Assembly: GCA_964016885.1 (NCBI GenBank)
Contig: OZ024743.1
Coordinates: 195,486,001-195,550,000, forward strand
Origin: Eledone cirrhosa
Taxonomy: Eukaryota
Length of the DNA stretch: 64,000 nucleotides
Reading direction: 5' to 3'
The notes beneath the pieces are model-generated. The model saw only the letters and a program-made list of their open reading frames with translations. It was not told the origin of the DNA and ran no database searches. A program made the translations under genes and the position numbers. How positions within the stretch are numbered: position 1 is the first letter of the stretch; each line of letters starts with the position of its first letter. Below are positions 41,297 to 56,175 of the stretch, in pieces.

Positions 41297-41384
<88 letters not shown>

Positions 41385-41687
41385 GTGTGTGTGCGTGTGA
41401 GTGTGTGTGCGCGCTAGTGTATGTATGTATGATTTAGTAATTTATAACATTGTCGAGTGAACAACTAAATCATTGAATAACTATAGAATAATTAAATAAG
41501 TGGCAGACTTAAATAAGCACTGGGATAGATACAATGCCTTAAAGCCCATGAAGGCAGTAGCGCGATAAGGCTGCAGTTCATTGACTTTAACAAATATACT
41601 AATAAAACACTAAATGGATAATCATTCTACTAATCTCGAATGTATCGTCAATTTATGCAACTAAAAGACATTTTTATTATTATTTGC

Positions 41688-42104
41688 GGCGTTAGATTAG
41701 CAGTATGGTAGAGCACCGGACACCATGCTTCGCAACATAGAGTTACGGCCCTTTGTGTCCTGAGTTCAAATCCCACCGAGGTTAAATTTCCCTTTCATCC
41801 TTACTGAGTCGATAAAATAAAGCACCAGTAACGTACTGGGGTAGATTTAATCGACTTTCTCCTCCCCAAAAATTGCTGGCTTTGTGCCTATACTAGAAAT
41901 CATTATCTATATATATAAACGGTGAATTGGCAGTATCTGTAGAGGGTCGGATGCCATGCTTTCCAGCATAGTTACGTCCCTTTACGATCTGAATTCAAAT
42001 CCCGCCGAGGTTAACTTTGCCTTTCATCCGTACGGGGTCGATAAAATAAAGTACCAGTAATGCACTGGGTAATTGCTGACCTTGTGCGTAAAGTAGAAAC
42101 AATT
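41688..42104 (+). mobile_element. Two adjacent SINE family A copies (41688-41905, 41920-42104)
   Basis: Both have head, core and tail. Confidence 0.85.
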
Positions 42105-43020
42105 ATATATATATAAAACTGATGATGTCTGTCTGTGTGTGAGTTTGAATCCCTAAAACTCGAGAACCCCCAAACCGACTGTTTTTAAACTTTACACATG
42201 TAATACTTATGTTTCAGGGAGTGTTCTGTGCAAAGAAAATTTCAAATTTTCTATGCCCTAGGGAACGCATTAGGCGATTTAGCGATCTCGCTCTGTAATT
42301 CTTAGTCTTTCTCTTTTTAGATGGATACATACATATAACGTCGCGCCCTTATAATATCTGTCTGTATGTCTGTCTGTCTGCATTAAGTCACTTCCCTGAG
42401 GATGTCTGTCTTTGTGTGTGCCTGATTTTGAATCCCTAAAAGTCAAGAAGTACCCAACCAACTTTTTTCAAACTTTACATGTGTTTTACTTATGTTTGAG
42501 GGAGTGTTATGCACATGACATTCAACTTGTTGATCCTCTAGGGCCCGCATTAGTTGAAAAACTGCGTTTTTTAAAGGTTTTTAGGGGTTTTTTGAGGTGT
42601 TACGTCAGACTGATTTCCTTGAAATTGTAACTATGTATTAGTCAGTCTCTTCTTCATACCGTGAGCAAATAAAATCCAACTTTTTTATGGCCTAGGGCCC
42701 GCATTTGGTGAAACACTTAATTTTTTCAGCTTTTTAGGGCCTTTTTGAGGCGTTACGTCTAGCCGATTTTCCCGAAATGTCAAGGCATATTATGCACATA
42801 AATAAAATTCATTTTCTTGATGCCCTAGGGCCCGCATTAGGTGAAAACCTGCATTTTTTCTGGTTCATCGAGGAAAATCCTAAAGATTATCTAGCCATCA
42901 GAGTATTCGGATTGTTTTCTTTACATATTGTCCACGCATGCAGTTTTTCCACGATTAGGTCTGTTGGCGGCCCGCGTTCCAAAATACCTTATCCCGTGCA
43001 ACGCCGGGTACCACTGCTAG
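42105..43020 (+). mobile_element. Non-autonomous Helitron with internal repeats
   Basis: 3' cccgtgcaacgccggg hairpin + CTAG|T at 43017-43021; repeated ctagggcccgcatt..tgaaa units; the 5' TC may be at ~41906 with a SINE inserted. Confidence 0.75.
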
Positions 43021-43039
43021 TTATTTATAAACTACTTGG

Positions 43040-43255
43040 GTCGGTAGATTAACAGTATTTGTAGAGCACCGGACACAATGCTTCGCAACATAGAGTTACG
43101 GCCCTTTACGTTATGATTTCAAAACCCGCTGTGGTTAGAATTGGCTTCCATCCTTACGGGGTCGATAAATTAAAGTATCAGTAAGCATTGTGGTCGATTC
43201 AATCGATTTTCCCCTCCCCCTCAAATTGCTGGCCTTGTGCCGAATGTAAAAACCA
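43040..43255 (+). mobile_element. SINE family A
   Basis: Consensus match. Confidence 0.75.
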
Positions 43256-43999
43256 TAATGTTTAGCCTTCTTCTAGGGAAATCGAGGGAACTCATTTACA
43301 AAACACTTTTCCACGTTATTATTTCCAAATTTAACGATACTTTGTATTATTTTATTGTGTTACTGGCTTTATTCATTGGGCTGCGTCTAGTGTCGAACCC
43401 GCCATACGGTGGGTAACTGCACCGGATAAAACAAAACAAATGAAACAACAGCTGAAAATATATCGATTAAATGTTAGGTGCTGTTTTAAAACCAGTCCCT
43501 TTTTTTGCCTACAGGCATACGTGGTCGCTACCTTCAAGCGTTTACTGGATTGTAATAACCCAGTTCGTATTCAACCCATATTTGTTTCTTATTTATTTTC
43601 AAATGCTTAAGTTACTCATTGAAATAGATATGCGCGATTTCACATACTGCTTAACATCGTTATACACAGATATCCACAAAGTTTATAGGCTCACCAAGAT
43701 ACTCTCATAGAATGACCAAATGAGGTATATTTCTCAACAAAAAATAATGTAATTATTTATAAGAAGAGTTAACATTTATGCATACAAGATTTCACAGCTC
43801 AATCATCACTTCTTCATAGTCAGCCTATGATTTTTCAGCCAACTTTCGTATATTGTCTTCAGTTGTACTCAGTTTGTATTTGTCAAGTTGGTCTTTGTGG
43901 AGGGACTACATCGATTTTATATGTGTACGCGGTATACATTGACAATGCTCTATTTTTAATAGTTCTTTTCCAGCTTATTAGTTTTCACGGTGCCTGTAA

Positions 44000-44290
44000 G
44001 AGCAATGTTATAGATTTAAGAACACATGAATATATTTATAGTCACTTTTCATTTATTTCTCGGAATTGTAAACATTTTCGTTGTACTTCTGCAACTTGGT
44101 CATTGACAAGATTTCACGGCAATTGATGATATCAGAAAATTCAGCTCACTACCTTACAATATTTACTGTGAAGTTGTCAGTGGCCAGGTTGCAGATGTAC
44201 AACGATATGCTGACAAACCAAGAATTAAACGAATAGTGAACATGATTAAAATTATTCTTCCGCGATGTTATGCTTAAGTTTCAACACACT
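44000..44290. mobile_element. Diverged palindromic MITE-like element
   Basis: tcgttgtacttctgcaacttggtcattgacaa (44077) pairs with ttgtcagtggccaggttgcagatgtacaacga (44174-44205); weaker pairing extends outward. Confidence 0.5.
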
Positions 44291-45717
44291 GACACCGATA
44301 ACTTGCGAAACAATACACATCTGAGCTTTCGGGTTAGTTTTATCGTATTTGTCTGAATTATACCAGCTGCGAGTTCCCAGGCTTTAGCCCGGCAATCAAA
44401 GAACATTAATGATCCAATTTCCTGGAATGGGTATAATCACAGAAATATGATTATCATGTAATCCCCTATACAAATTCCATTTATACTAATGAGATTCCAA
44501 TCTTCACATTCTAGATATAAAGATTTCTATGTTAGTCTCTGTATGTAGTATGTGAAGCTAAGAACCGTTTTCTAATGCACACTTATGTAAAAAAACATGA
44601 ACTCTTGAAATGAATTCGAACATGTTTCTCACGAAGATTCACAGCGATAGTATACATAATATCCATTTTAGAAATCGTTTGATAGTTATCAACCCATCTG
44701 CTTGCCGAAGTATATGATTTTGTATTTGTATAATCATTTATTTTTTCTCGAATCTCATCTTTGCCGTGGTAAAAATCACGTAGTAGTTTAATTACATTTC
44801 GATGATATCTTTGATATTTTAAGAACATCTGATGCTAGGTAAATGTTTGAATGACGATCGTTAAAAAAAGAGCAACACAATTATATTGCGTTGTTGTAAA
44901 AAGAAAAACACACATGTGATTACTTTTCTCATGGCACTAGATAAGGTCTTATGTTGTTGTTGTATAACCCCAAGACATTCATGATTCAACAGTTCTAATT
45001 CCAGACACACCAGCCGTACTCATCTCATCTTTTACTATATAGAATATATATAGTGTAAAGTTTGAAGGTGATTTTCTTTGCTAGTTCTAGACGATCGTGC
45101 GACTTGGTAGAATCTTATGAGTGTTTTTCTTTTAAGTGAGAATAAATGTGTTGAATTGCTCGTCATCGAAGAGTACTCTCTGTAATGCTGTTACGATTTG
45201 AATTTAGTCACTTTCAGTTCGAAAATGGATTGTCCTGATGACAAATTCCATTTTCAGCTACATTTCCTACAAATAAAAATGCCTTTGATTTGTCAACACA
45301 GTGGAAAATTATTTGTTAACGGCTTTCTTAATTTGAACGCGCACTTTCGGTTTCGGGAAAATTCACATGATTCTTTTTTGATGGAAGAATTTAATTATAT
45401 ACAAATATGCTAACAAAGCGTTGGTTGTAACAGTGTAGCATATATAGTGAAGGACACAGAACCTGAGTTCCAGTGGCAATCAGGTTGCCAGCCAATCCCT
45501 TTTCTGTATTTTATTCTAACGCACCTCTGTCATTCTTTCATTTTATTCCCCTTTTCCTCTCTTTCTCTGTAGAACTAGTATAAACGTACATATCCATACA
45601 TTGAACTCAGTACGGTGGAAATATGATACAATAAAATTATGATGCTGTGTTCTTGAACTTATTCATGATGGAATTAATGTGCTGGCAACACAAAACACTC
45701 ATGCCTCTTCAGAATCT

Positions 45718-45914
45718 CAGACCTGCCAAACATTAAAAACCCAAACGGGATTTACCATGAAAAAGAATTGCCCCCAAACGGGGAGAAATGAGGCAAAATG
45801 GGGAGATTTTTACATAATGAAAGCTATACCCATTTTCACAAGAGAAAACATCTCTCACCCACCTGAAAGTTTGTGGGACATCTCGCCGTCGGTCGGGAAG
45901 AGTTGACAGTTCTG
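45718..45914 (+). mobile_element. MITE with CAGACCTGCCAA-type terminal repeats
   Basis: Terminal repeats cagacctgccaa/ttgacagttctg; flanks gaatct/ggatct; homologous to 56176-56368. Confidence 0.7.
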
Positions 45915-46821
45915 GGATCTAGTAATAAAAAATGAGGTTCTTGAACAACATTTATCACATTTATCCTGATTATTAATATTATTATCATTAATATTCATTA
46001 TATCATTAATATTCATTAATAAAGTACCAGTAATGCACTGGGTAATTGCTGGCCTTGTGCCTAAAGTAGAAACAATTATATCATTAATATTATTATCATT
46101 AATATTCATTATATCATTAATATTCATTATATCATTAATAATAAAGTACCAGTAATGCACTGAGTAATTGCTGGCCTTGTGCCTAAAGCAGAAACAATTA
46201 TATCATTAATATTCATTATCAACATGGAATTTTTGAAGGCATGTTGAAAACAATTTCCTAGTTTACATGTTTACTTTTTCAACCAGACGGGTGTAGCCAT
46301 GTTATAAATATAACATAAAATCAATTTGAAATTTCATGCTTCTAATTTTTACTTTCAAATTGACTAAAACATTGACACTAGTAAACACAGACGTTTCAAC
46401 TTCACTTCATTTCCCGAATACTTTGAAACATTGCTTATTCCGCATTTTCTCTATGTTAAAAAATACAGTGATTTAAATAATAACCCGTTGTTCAGATACT
46501 TTATGTAGTTTAATGTATGTATGATGTATTTATGTAGGTATGCATGTATTTATGTATGTATCTATGTATGTACAAGTATATGTATATGTGTAAGTATGTA
46601 TTATGTATGTATTTATCTATGTATGTATCTATGTATGTATATATGTATATGTACGTATGTGTGTGTGTATATATGCATGCATGTGTGTATGAATATGTGA
46701 ATTTGTATGTGTATGTCTGTATGTACGTACGCACGTATATATATGTATGTCTGTGTGTATATATGTATATGTGAATGTGTATGCATATATGTATTATGTA
46801 TGCATATATGTATGTATGTAC

Positions 46822-47030
46822 TTCTGGTTTTATAATTTTACAAATGTTTGAGAGTTGGTTTCTAACATAGTTACAAGACTCTCTCATTGCAATTTACACA
46901 ACATCAGCTAGGTAGATATGTATGCATGTGTGTGCAGGTATGGATGTTATTGTATGTGTTGATGTGGATGTTTTGAGTTGTATGTGTGCATGTGCATATG
47001 CTTTGTATCTGTACATGATATTAGATGCAG
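46822..47030 (-). mobile_element. R4/Dong-like element, 3' UTR fragment
   Basis: Homologous to 47095-47330; ends in (TACA)n. Confidence 0.7.
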
Positions 47031-47094
47031 AATTTTTTGAATGTTTTACATATTGTTACTGTCGAGTTAGAATGTATGTATGTATGTATGTATG

Positions 47095-48153
47095 TTCTTC
47101 TGGTTTTATAATTTCACAATTTTTTACCAATAGAGAGAGTCGGTTTCTTACATAGTCACAAGACTCTCTCATTGTTTTACATAACATCAACTACGTAGAT
47201 ATGTATGTATATCTGCATGTGTAGATATGGATGTTATTGTATGTGTGGATGTGGATGTTTTGAGTTGTATGTGTGCATGTGTATATGCTTAGTATCTGTA
47301 CATGTGTATATGCAGTATTAGATGCAAAATGTTTCGAATATTTTACATATTTTTACTGTTCCATTAATGGATTGTACTTGTAATTTACTAACTAGATCTA
47401 TTCTTTCTTTTTCTGTGAAGCCAAGCCTCTCAAGATGTGTATTGAGGCAGTTACTAACATACCCCAGTGCCTCAACAACCACAGGCATAAATCTGAAGGT
47501 GTAATCAGGGTGGAGTATCTGCAGATTTCTCATCAGCTCTGCATAAATATTCTCCTTTTCGCTAATCTTAGATATTATATTGGCATCTGTTGGGCAGCTA
47601 ATTTCCATTACTGTGCATGCTTTCTTCTCCCTGTCCCATATCATAATAGCTGGTCTGTTATGCCTGCATTTTATTTGGGGTTTTTACAGGAACATTCCAC
47701 CAGTACTCTTTCATATTATGTACGTGGATGTCTTCCACATTTCTGTAGCTTTTAATGTGTTTATTATCGTAGCTATCTTTTTTACGGAATACATCGTACA
47801 GTGTTTGGGCCATTACATCATACCTCATAAATAGGTAGATAGTACCGCGATGACATCTTTGGACAGATGCTGATTACATGGGTGATATCCTCGATGTTAG
47901 TTCTGCAGAGTCTGCACTTGTTATCACATCTAGGTGTTTTGCCTGCATCCCTATCTCTTTTGTGAATCAGGTATTTCGTGTTAATCTCCTGTTATTGGAT
48001 TGCAAAGGCGTATCCGTCAAAGTGGGAGCCAATATAGCGGATGATGGTCCAAGATAGACTACTTTCCTTATCTATATTACTCTCACTCTGGAGTTTCCTG
48101 GCAACATATCCATGCATGATTTTTTGTCTGATAAGCATGCAGTTTTTCATCCA
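47095..48153 (-). mobile_element. R4/Dong-like non-LTR retrotransposon 3' end (CCHC knuckle + restriction-like endonuclease), disrupted
   Basis: HGY..AIQ*QEINTKY..CRLCRTNIEDITHVISICP..HNRP.I.IWDREKKACTVMEISCP..EK..Y..L; both ends in (TACA)n. Confidence 0.8.
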
Positions 48154-50712
48154 TGAATATGTATGTATGCATGTATGCATGTATGTATGTATGCATGTAT
48201 GTATGTACGTACGTTGGTAGGTAGTTAGATGGGTAGATATGTGTGAAACCGCAGCTCCTGGTGGAATCGTAAGGGAACGGTAGCGACATGCGGCATGTAT
48301 TGAACTCAGAGCCCCGTGAGCCGCTTTCCATTCAAACCTCTAGCGAATCTGGGAACACAAGAAGAAAAAGATGTACAGTCAATCACACACCACATGGCTC
48401 TCTGGAGTTTCCTCTTCATTTCCTCTTCAATTCATTGAAATTTAAAAAAACATGCTTTAGTGGGTTCAATATGGTATACCCAACACGGTTACGGATAAAT
48501 AACTGAAACAGATGCTGCATAAACGAAAGTATTTTTTCAAAGTATTGATTTCATTTAAGTATAAAGTATAAAGTAAAGTCCGTATATTTTATGGAAGGAA
48601 ATAAGGGATATTATAACATATCTACTTTTCGTTGTAAAAGAAATATATTGGGGAAAGTATTTAATTCTATTTTTTTAAGAATGTAGTTTATTAGTAAATA
48701 TACGCATATATCCTATTATAATACCCTGGAACTTTCCAGAAAGCTAGTTAAAGGTGTGACCTACATTTACTGCATGCCACCATTCAATGTTTGATTAGGT
48801 TGCAGATATATCTATCGAGGGCGGGTAAAATCCCGAGATTGGTTCTTTTCAGTGGCTGATAATACCTCACCGGCGCCACTCGAATAAGGTAATTATTTAA
48901 CCCATTAATGGGGCCCTAACCGGCAATACTACTCCGTGCCAGAGCAGACCTGGGAGTGACTCCACATTCCCCACAGCTACTGAACTCCGGAACTGGAGCT
49001 TTGCCACTGGATGTAGTTTAATGTATTACCCAGGACCCTCAGATGTGTCTCTCAATTATTACATATAATGATAATTATTTTTTTTCTCTTCGCACGGGTT
49101 GTAATTTTCGTTAAACCAAAGCGAAAAAGAAAATGATTTGTGGCAAACGATATTAATAATGTTTAGCCACCCATTCAGCTAACTCTGTGTTTATCTGTCG
49201 ATTTGTCTCTGTAGCAGTCCATGATAAAATAAATATACCCCTCTAGCTTTCAACAAAGTAATAAATTATAATAACAAAGACATGGACGTCTGACTGTCTC
49301 TACATTGCAACGAATTCTATTTTGTTTGCCGACACGTAGAGGATGTCTGTATATATATATATATGCGTGTATGTGTGTGTGTGTAACATACCGTTACTTT
49401 GGTTCACTGTCATGTGTCAACAAACCATCAGTCAGGCGGCTCTATGGCTACCGCTTTTGAGTACGATACGTCCGTTGCTTCTTACTAATCCAGAAATGTG
49501 TCAAACGATGGGAGACATACATATATGTCGACAGCTCTTTTTAAATAGGCGTTGAATGAAAGGGCAGCCAGTGGCCTAATTAGTCACTGTTCGGGGTCAT
49601 CGAAGAGATGTTCAGGGACCTACATAGAGAGGTCATTGCTCATGTCAGTATGTTATTATTGTAACATTCGACACTTAAAACATTGCTTTCTTTTAATTTT
49701 CCAGTAGTGTTTTTAATTTGTAAACGCTTTATTTTATTATTTTACTTACTCTGTTAAAGTTTGTTAGGGTTCACACTTACACTTTGTTCAAATTCCCAAG
49801 CTACTCCTTCATATTTTCGCTCTTTCACCGTAAACGTTTCATCCTTTAGCATAAATTTCCTAGAGATAGAGGGGTAGGAAGAGATTGAAAGAAAGAGAGA
49901 GTGAGGAGGGGAAAGGAAGAGTGAGGGAAAAAAGGAGGGAAAGGGAGAGAGTGGGGGGAAAGAGAAAGAGTGAGGAACAGGGAAAGAATGGGAGACAGGA
50001 AGAGACAAAATCAGATAGCCTGAATACACAAACATGCACATGCGCACGCGCGCACACACAAGCACAGACACATACATACAAACATACATACATACTTAGA
50101 TACATGATGGCTGCCCCTTCGTTATCGAGTATGGCCATTGCACGATACACCATTATTAATAATTATTAATTAATTCTATCGTGCAATGCCTGTGCGTGAA
50201 GATATTTCTTAAAGTGAGGAAAGACTGTGCACTGAGCCAATCCCACTGTCTGAGCGACAGTAGCTATAACCCGAAAAGAAGAAAAGATCAACATCATCGG
50301 TAACTATTGAGCCGCAGGTTTTATATCGGAGTTATCCCAGTTTCCTGAGTTGCCTTCTCCGAGAAGAATGCCCTGACAAAGGCTAGGGTCCTTCACTCCC
50401 AGTGGTTTAACCGCGCGGTACATGTGTATATAGATATTTACACACTTTTGATACATACATACTTAGATATATACATTAGCTACATACATAGATACATACA
50501 TAGATACACACTTAGATACATACATACCGAAATACATACATAGATAAATAAATACATACATAAATACATACATACATACATAGATGAATAAATACATACA
50601 TAAATACATACATACATACAAAATACATGGAGACCTACACACATGCATACATATATACGTACACACATAGACTTGCATGCATACATACATCCATGCATAT
50701 GTGTGTGTGTGG

Positions 50713-51045
50713 ACCCCCTTCGGTCACGAATGACCATGGGATTTACACCTAGAAAGTTCCTCTCCGAGGCACAAGTCCGGGCAAGGTTGTTTATGGAAGA
50801 CCAACAGTTGCCCATACATACCAGTCTCCCCTCTCCACGCCACCGATGTTGTCCAAAAGGAAAGGAAAATGGTGATAGAGCTTGGCATCAGAGAGTTGAG
50901 GCTCATTTCTACAGCTGACTAAACTGGATCAACATGAAATAACATGTCTTGCTCCATAACACAACATAAAGCCCGGTCCAAGAATAGAACTCACAACCTC
51001 ACGATTGTAAGCCCGATGTTCGAACCACTCAGCCATGCACCTTCA
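50713..51045 (-). mobile_element. tRNA-derived SINE, family B, full length
   Basis: Minus-strand head gaaggtgcatggctgagtggttc..gagttctattc, then gagcaagaca domain; tail gtcattcgtgaccgaagggg. Confidence 0.7.
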
Positions 51046-51067
51046 TATACATGCATACATACATACC

Positions 51068-51741
51068 CGATAATAAACACATTGACAGCTACAGCAATGT
51101 GGAAGACATACATATACATAATGTGAAAGAGTACTGGTGGAATGTTCCAGTAAAAACTCCAATAAAATGCAGGCATAACAGACCAGATATTATTATATGG
51201 GACAGGGAAAAGAAGACATGTCCAGTAGTGGAAGTTAGCTGCCCAGCAGATGCCAATATAATATCAAAGATTAGCGAAAAGGAGGATATTTATGCAAAAC
51301 TGATGAGAAATCTGCAGATACTCCACCTTGATTACACCTTCAGATTATGCCTGTGATTATTGGGGCACTGGGGTATGTTAGTAACTGCCTCAGTACAAAT
51401 CTTGAGAAGCTGGGCTTCACAGGAACAGAAAGAGCACAACTAATTAGGAAATTACAACTAATTAATGGAACAGTAAATATATGTAAACGATTCCAACAAT
51501 TTTGCATCTAATAACTGCATATACACATGTACAGATACTATGCATGCACACTTACAACTCAAAACATCCACATCCACACATACAATAACATCCATATCTA
51601 CACATGCATGCATGCAGACATGCATTCATATCTACCTAGTTGATGTTGTGTAAATTCCAATGTGAGAGTCTTGTGTCTATGTTAAAAACCGACTCTCTCT
51701 TTCTATTGGCAAAAATTTGTGAAATTATAAAACCAGAAGAA
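51068..51741 (+). mobile_element. R4/Dong-like element 3' end, second copy
   Basis: EYWWNVPVKTPIKCRHNRPDIIIWDREKKTCPVVEVSCPAD..EK; 3' UTR ends accagaagaa followed by (CATA)n. Confidence 0.8.
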
Positions 51742-51843
51742 CATACATACATATAATGTCCTACTCAAATAAATCGACACGGGTGGCCGACATGCAAATG
51801 CGACTTCTGTGAATTCCCAACACATTGATTAAGCAGCAATATA

Positions 51844-51920
51844 CAGTGGACCTCGGTTCACGAACATTTTTTCCGAACATAAAATGAACGGTGTCTCGAG
51901 TAACGAACACGCAATCCGGC
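51844..51920 (+). mobile_element. Tc1/mariner-pogo-type terminal fragment
   Basis: TA-cagtggacctcggttcacgaac start. Confidence 0.4.
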
Positions 51921-52032
51921 AAAATCAGTAGGCAACAAGTTGGGAGATCGGCAGGAAAGTGTCAATTGCTTTGTAGTTAGTTACTATGGTGATATATATC
52001 TGTTTTTTATGCAGTCTTCCCCCACACACACA

Positions 52033-52102
<70 letters not shown>

Positions 52103-52218
52103 AACACCCACACATACACACTTACACACACACAGACACACAGACAGACACACACATATATATATATATATATGTGTATTAATATATATGTATATATATA
52201 TATATACATATATATACG

Positions 52219-52255
<37 letters not shown>

Positions 52256-52309
52256 TCGTCTTTGCTCTTGCTCTATAGAACTGGGGTTATCCTATGTCAG
52301 CGATCCCAA

Positions 52310-52360
<51 letters not shown>

Positions 52361-52738
52361 TATATATATTAAAAAAGAAAAAAGAAAAGGTTCGCTCTAC
52401 ATGGCTGAATACAATAAATTTAATGTAGTTTTTCGAATATTAATACATTACTGGTACTTTATTTTATCGACCCCGTAATGATGAAAGGCAAAGTTAACCT
52501 CGGCGGGATTTGAACTCAGACTGTAAAGGGACGTAACTATGCTAGAAAGCATGGCGTCCAACCCTCTACCGATACTGCCAATTCACATTAATAATAACAT
52601 TCGATTTGTTTGCAATTATGCAAACAAGCCTCAATGTTATAGCCATGTCAGTAGAATGAACCCTTCAATCTTGCTCTTTGTGTGTATGTGTTTGTGTGCG
52701 TTTGTTGAAGTAATCTATAACGATGCTATATATATAAT

Positions 52739-52921
52739 TGTTTCTACTGTTGGCACAAGGCCAGCATTTAAACCAGTGTATTACTGGTACTTTATTTTAT
52801 CGACTGCGTGAGGATGAAAGGCAAAGTTTACCTCGGCGGGATTTAAACTCAGACCATAAAAGGCCGTAACTCTTTGCTGCAAAGCATGGCGTCTGACCTT
52901 CTACCGATACTGCCAATCGAC
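52739..52921 (-). mobile_element. SINE family A (another copy at 52445-52586)
   Basis: TSD cgatgctatatatataat at 52721-52738 and 52922-52939. Confidence 0.85.
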
Positions 52922-54740
52922 CGATGCTATATATATAATGAGATAGTATAAGCGATATGGAACAGGAAAGAATATTATTCCTAATGCTAGTGTTTGTATA
53001 ATGTTACCAGTAATGCTGATGTGTTTAAATGCCAGTGGACTCAACATTTCTTTCATAGCTGCAGATTACCATGCGCTCCCTCTCTTGAAGGGAAATATTC
53101 AGTCATGTTTAGCAAATGTGTCACTTATTGGCGATATATACACTCACTATCATATTAAATACATCACACAAAATTGCTTGTACACCAGGGAAAATAATTC
53201 TGACTTAATACCCATCTTATCTATTTAATCGTGAAATACAATCCAATTTCCTTTACACTGTTTAAAAACAAACGGAATTCTGTGTGGTCTCCCAATGCTA
53301 AATAAACATATAAATAAATAATGAAAATATGGGAAATTTTACACAGCATGTATATTATCCAGCTTAACTATTTGTTTTTATAAAGCAACTCATGATAGTT
53401 TATGTAACAATTGTTAGATGCATGTTTTAGGTTTTTTGTGTGTAGAATTTCTTTATTTTCTTTTACGCGTGTGTGCGTGCGGGGGGGGGGGTAATTATTT
53501 TATCAGGCTGCATTTGTCTGAAATTTATTCGTGTCGTGTCCAGTGTTTCCTTCCTTCCTATCTTTATTTATTTATTGTTTCTTTCTTTCTTTCTTTCTTG
53601 TTTCTTTCTTTATATATTTCTATTTTTTTCTTTCTTTTACTATTTTCTTTCTTTTATTCTCTATTTATTTTATGTTTGCAAATTCAAAACTCCTGTTTTT
53701 CTGACCCAGCAATGTTGTCCTTACGCATCTGCTGAACTTGCAGCGAAATAACTATGAAATCACGCGCCATCGTCTTGACAACTAGCGAGGGCATATTGGA
53801 TTATGTAAATCTCGATGCATTCTTCGGTCTGATAACAATAAAAATGAAAAGGAATGTTTTGTTGTGTTGAGAATGTATTTGGTCATTGATTGGTTCATTT
53901 AGGGCTGACATGGGGCTAAAGATGAACACAACCTGCCCTCTCTTATTGAATATATTTCACCCAGATCTCCCTATGAGATTTTGTTGTGTTATTATAATCT
54001 ACTTGGCGTCTATTAATTTCTAAATGTCAATGTTTTCTCAAATAAAGCATAATAGAGCAGCTATTGAAGTGTATAGAATCTCCACCTCAGACTAACATCT
54101 AACATTGTCTTACCAAGGCCGTGTGTGTATTGATGTTCTCTCTCTTTCACTCACAGTCTTCGTCTATCCCGCTCTCCACATCTCCCACTATTATATGAAA
54201 ATGGGAGCCCACCGCTAGCCACCCCGTGGTCATGACGGACATAATTTCACCGTTTGGTCAGGAGTTTCATTAGATTTACACAACAAATGTTCAATATTCA
54301 GTAGAATCATAGACAGCAAATAATTGATGAACTCTACTGCAGGGTAGGTACTATAATTTAAAACGAGGTAAAGTATACAGAAATTACCTAGCAGCAAAGT
54401 TGTTCAAAATATGGAAATTAAATTAGAACATCAATTTCAGAGATATTTCTATATGGGATAGGGTATACGCGCCCCGCTTTAAATATTACTTGAGGTTGCT
54501 TTGATGCTATACATATCTTTTGATTAGAAACCAAAACGGTACGAAATTTGATTAAAGATATTTATATTATTTTCAATTTTGAGAGAAAACATACAATTTG
54601 ACCTATTTGTATGTCGGTTTGTATGTTTGAAGCCCTAGTTCCTGGAGGATATATGGAGCACCGTGGTGATGTTTTAAACCTGGCGAAGCCCATCCCTTAC
54701 CATATCTGAACAGGGCTGATATTTTTCAAAGAAGAGTAAT

Positions 54741-54793
<53 letters not shown>

Positions 54794-55082
54794 AGAAGGG
54801 GAGGGTTAGTGAGAAAGAGATATGGAAAAAGAATCGATCCTAGTACTAGACAGGTATTTAATTTTGGGATATCTAATGGCTGAAAAGCAAATTTGACTTT
54901 AGTGGGACTTGAACTCATTGTGCAGGCAGCAGGAACGAATACATCAAAACATTCGACGTTCTAACGAATCTGTCAATTCGACAGCTTACGTCTTTGTACT
55001 CAATGTGTAAATTTATACAGACACACAAACACTCCACACACACACACACACACAAACACACGCATACGCACACACGCACACG

Positions 55083-55115
<33 letters not shown>

Positions 55116-55144
55116 GTGTGTATGTATATATATATATATGATTG

Positions 55145-55410
55145 ACTCTTCCGGCGCTGCGCGGACTGCAAATGTGGTTCAAGCAAACATACGTTTATGT
55201 GAACCCTTGAACCCTATCCATCCTTCTGAGATATGACGTTAAGTCTGATCACGATGCCTCCGCCTGCCGGCGTCAAAACCTGCGAGCATGTTAAAGCGTG
55301 TCCTCCTCCATCCGCAAGCATCCACAGTCTGGCTCTCCCATGGTTCGATATGCGCACTACAAAGATTCATGATGTCCTTCATCTTGTTCTTAAACTTGGG
55401 GAGGTAGTGA
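55145..55410 (-). mobile_element. RTE-like LINE C-terminal/3' fragment
   Basis: PKFKNKMKDIMNLCSAHIEPWESQTVDACGWRR..GFKGSHKR resembles the RTE C-terminal WE..DR..WR and GL.SH.R motifs. Confidence 0.5.
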
Positions 55411-56175
55411 CCCGCTCGATATTTCGCATTTGTTTACTGTAATTCATAAAATATGTAACAGGTGATGTAATTAATTTAAAACACCCACTCTTGCTTTCAC
55501 ATGACCATAGTGTTATGATTGTAGCGAACAAAACAGTCTAAGCGCGTGGTGGCGTCTGAATTAAATTCTCTTAGAGTAAAATATATATTCTATCTTGATA
55601 AGAGATCAAGGACCGAGAATTGAAAATAGTTGATTGTGATCAGCTGTCTAAATGTCTGAAATGAGTTATTGTGAGCGAGATTATAATTTTACGGATTAAT
55701 AACCTCATTATTAACGATGAAAATAATTAATATTTAATATTTGATATTTAAAAACGTTGTTTCATCTCCAACGATGAGGTTAATAGTCAGAATCTTATAA
55801 CCTTATTAATTGATTGTATCATCAAATAACGTTTAACGGGCTCATTTGGCAATGATAACAGGATTTTCTCGTAATAGTATCTAAATCTTCAACAATGCAT
55901 TTAAATCATAACATTTATGAATCGAAATTATCCAAGGGTGAAACTTACTATGATACGAATTATTGGTCATCGGCGCCTTTTTATATCATATTCAACCTTC
56001 ATCAACACAGATGACAGTAACTATGACAAAGCCGATGAAAGTAGCTATGACGACACATATGCTTATACATACCAGCACATACTTTCAATCTGCCACTCCT
56101 GTTCTCTAAGACTTTTGACAGCCGACGTTTGGCTGTAGCAATACTGGTTACTGAAGTATTGCTACAGCCAAGTAT

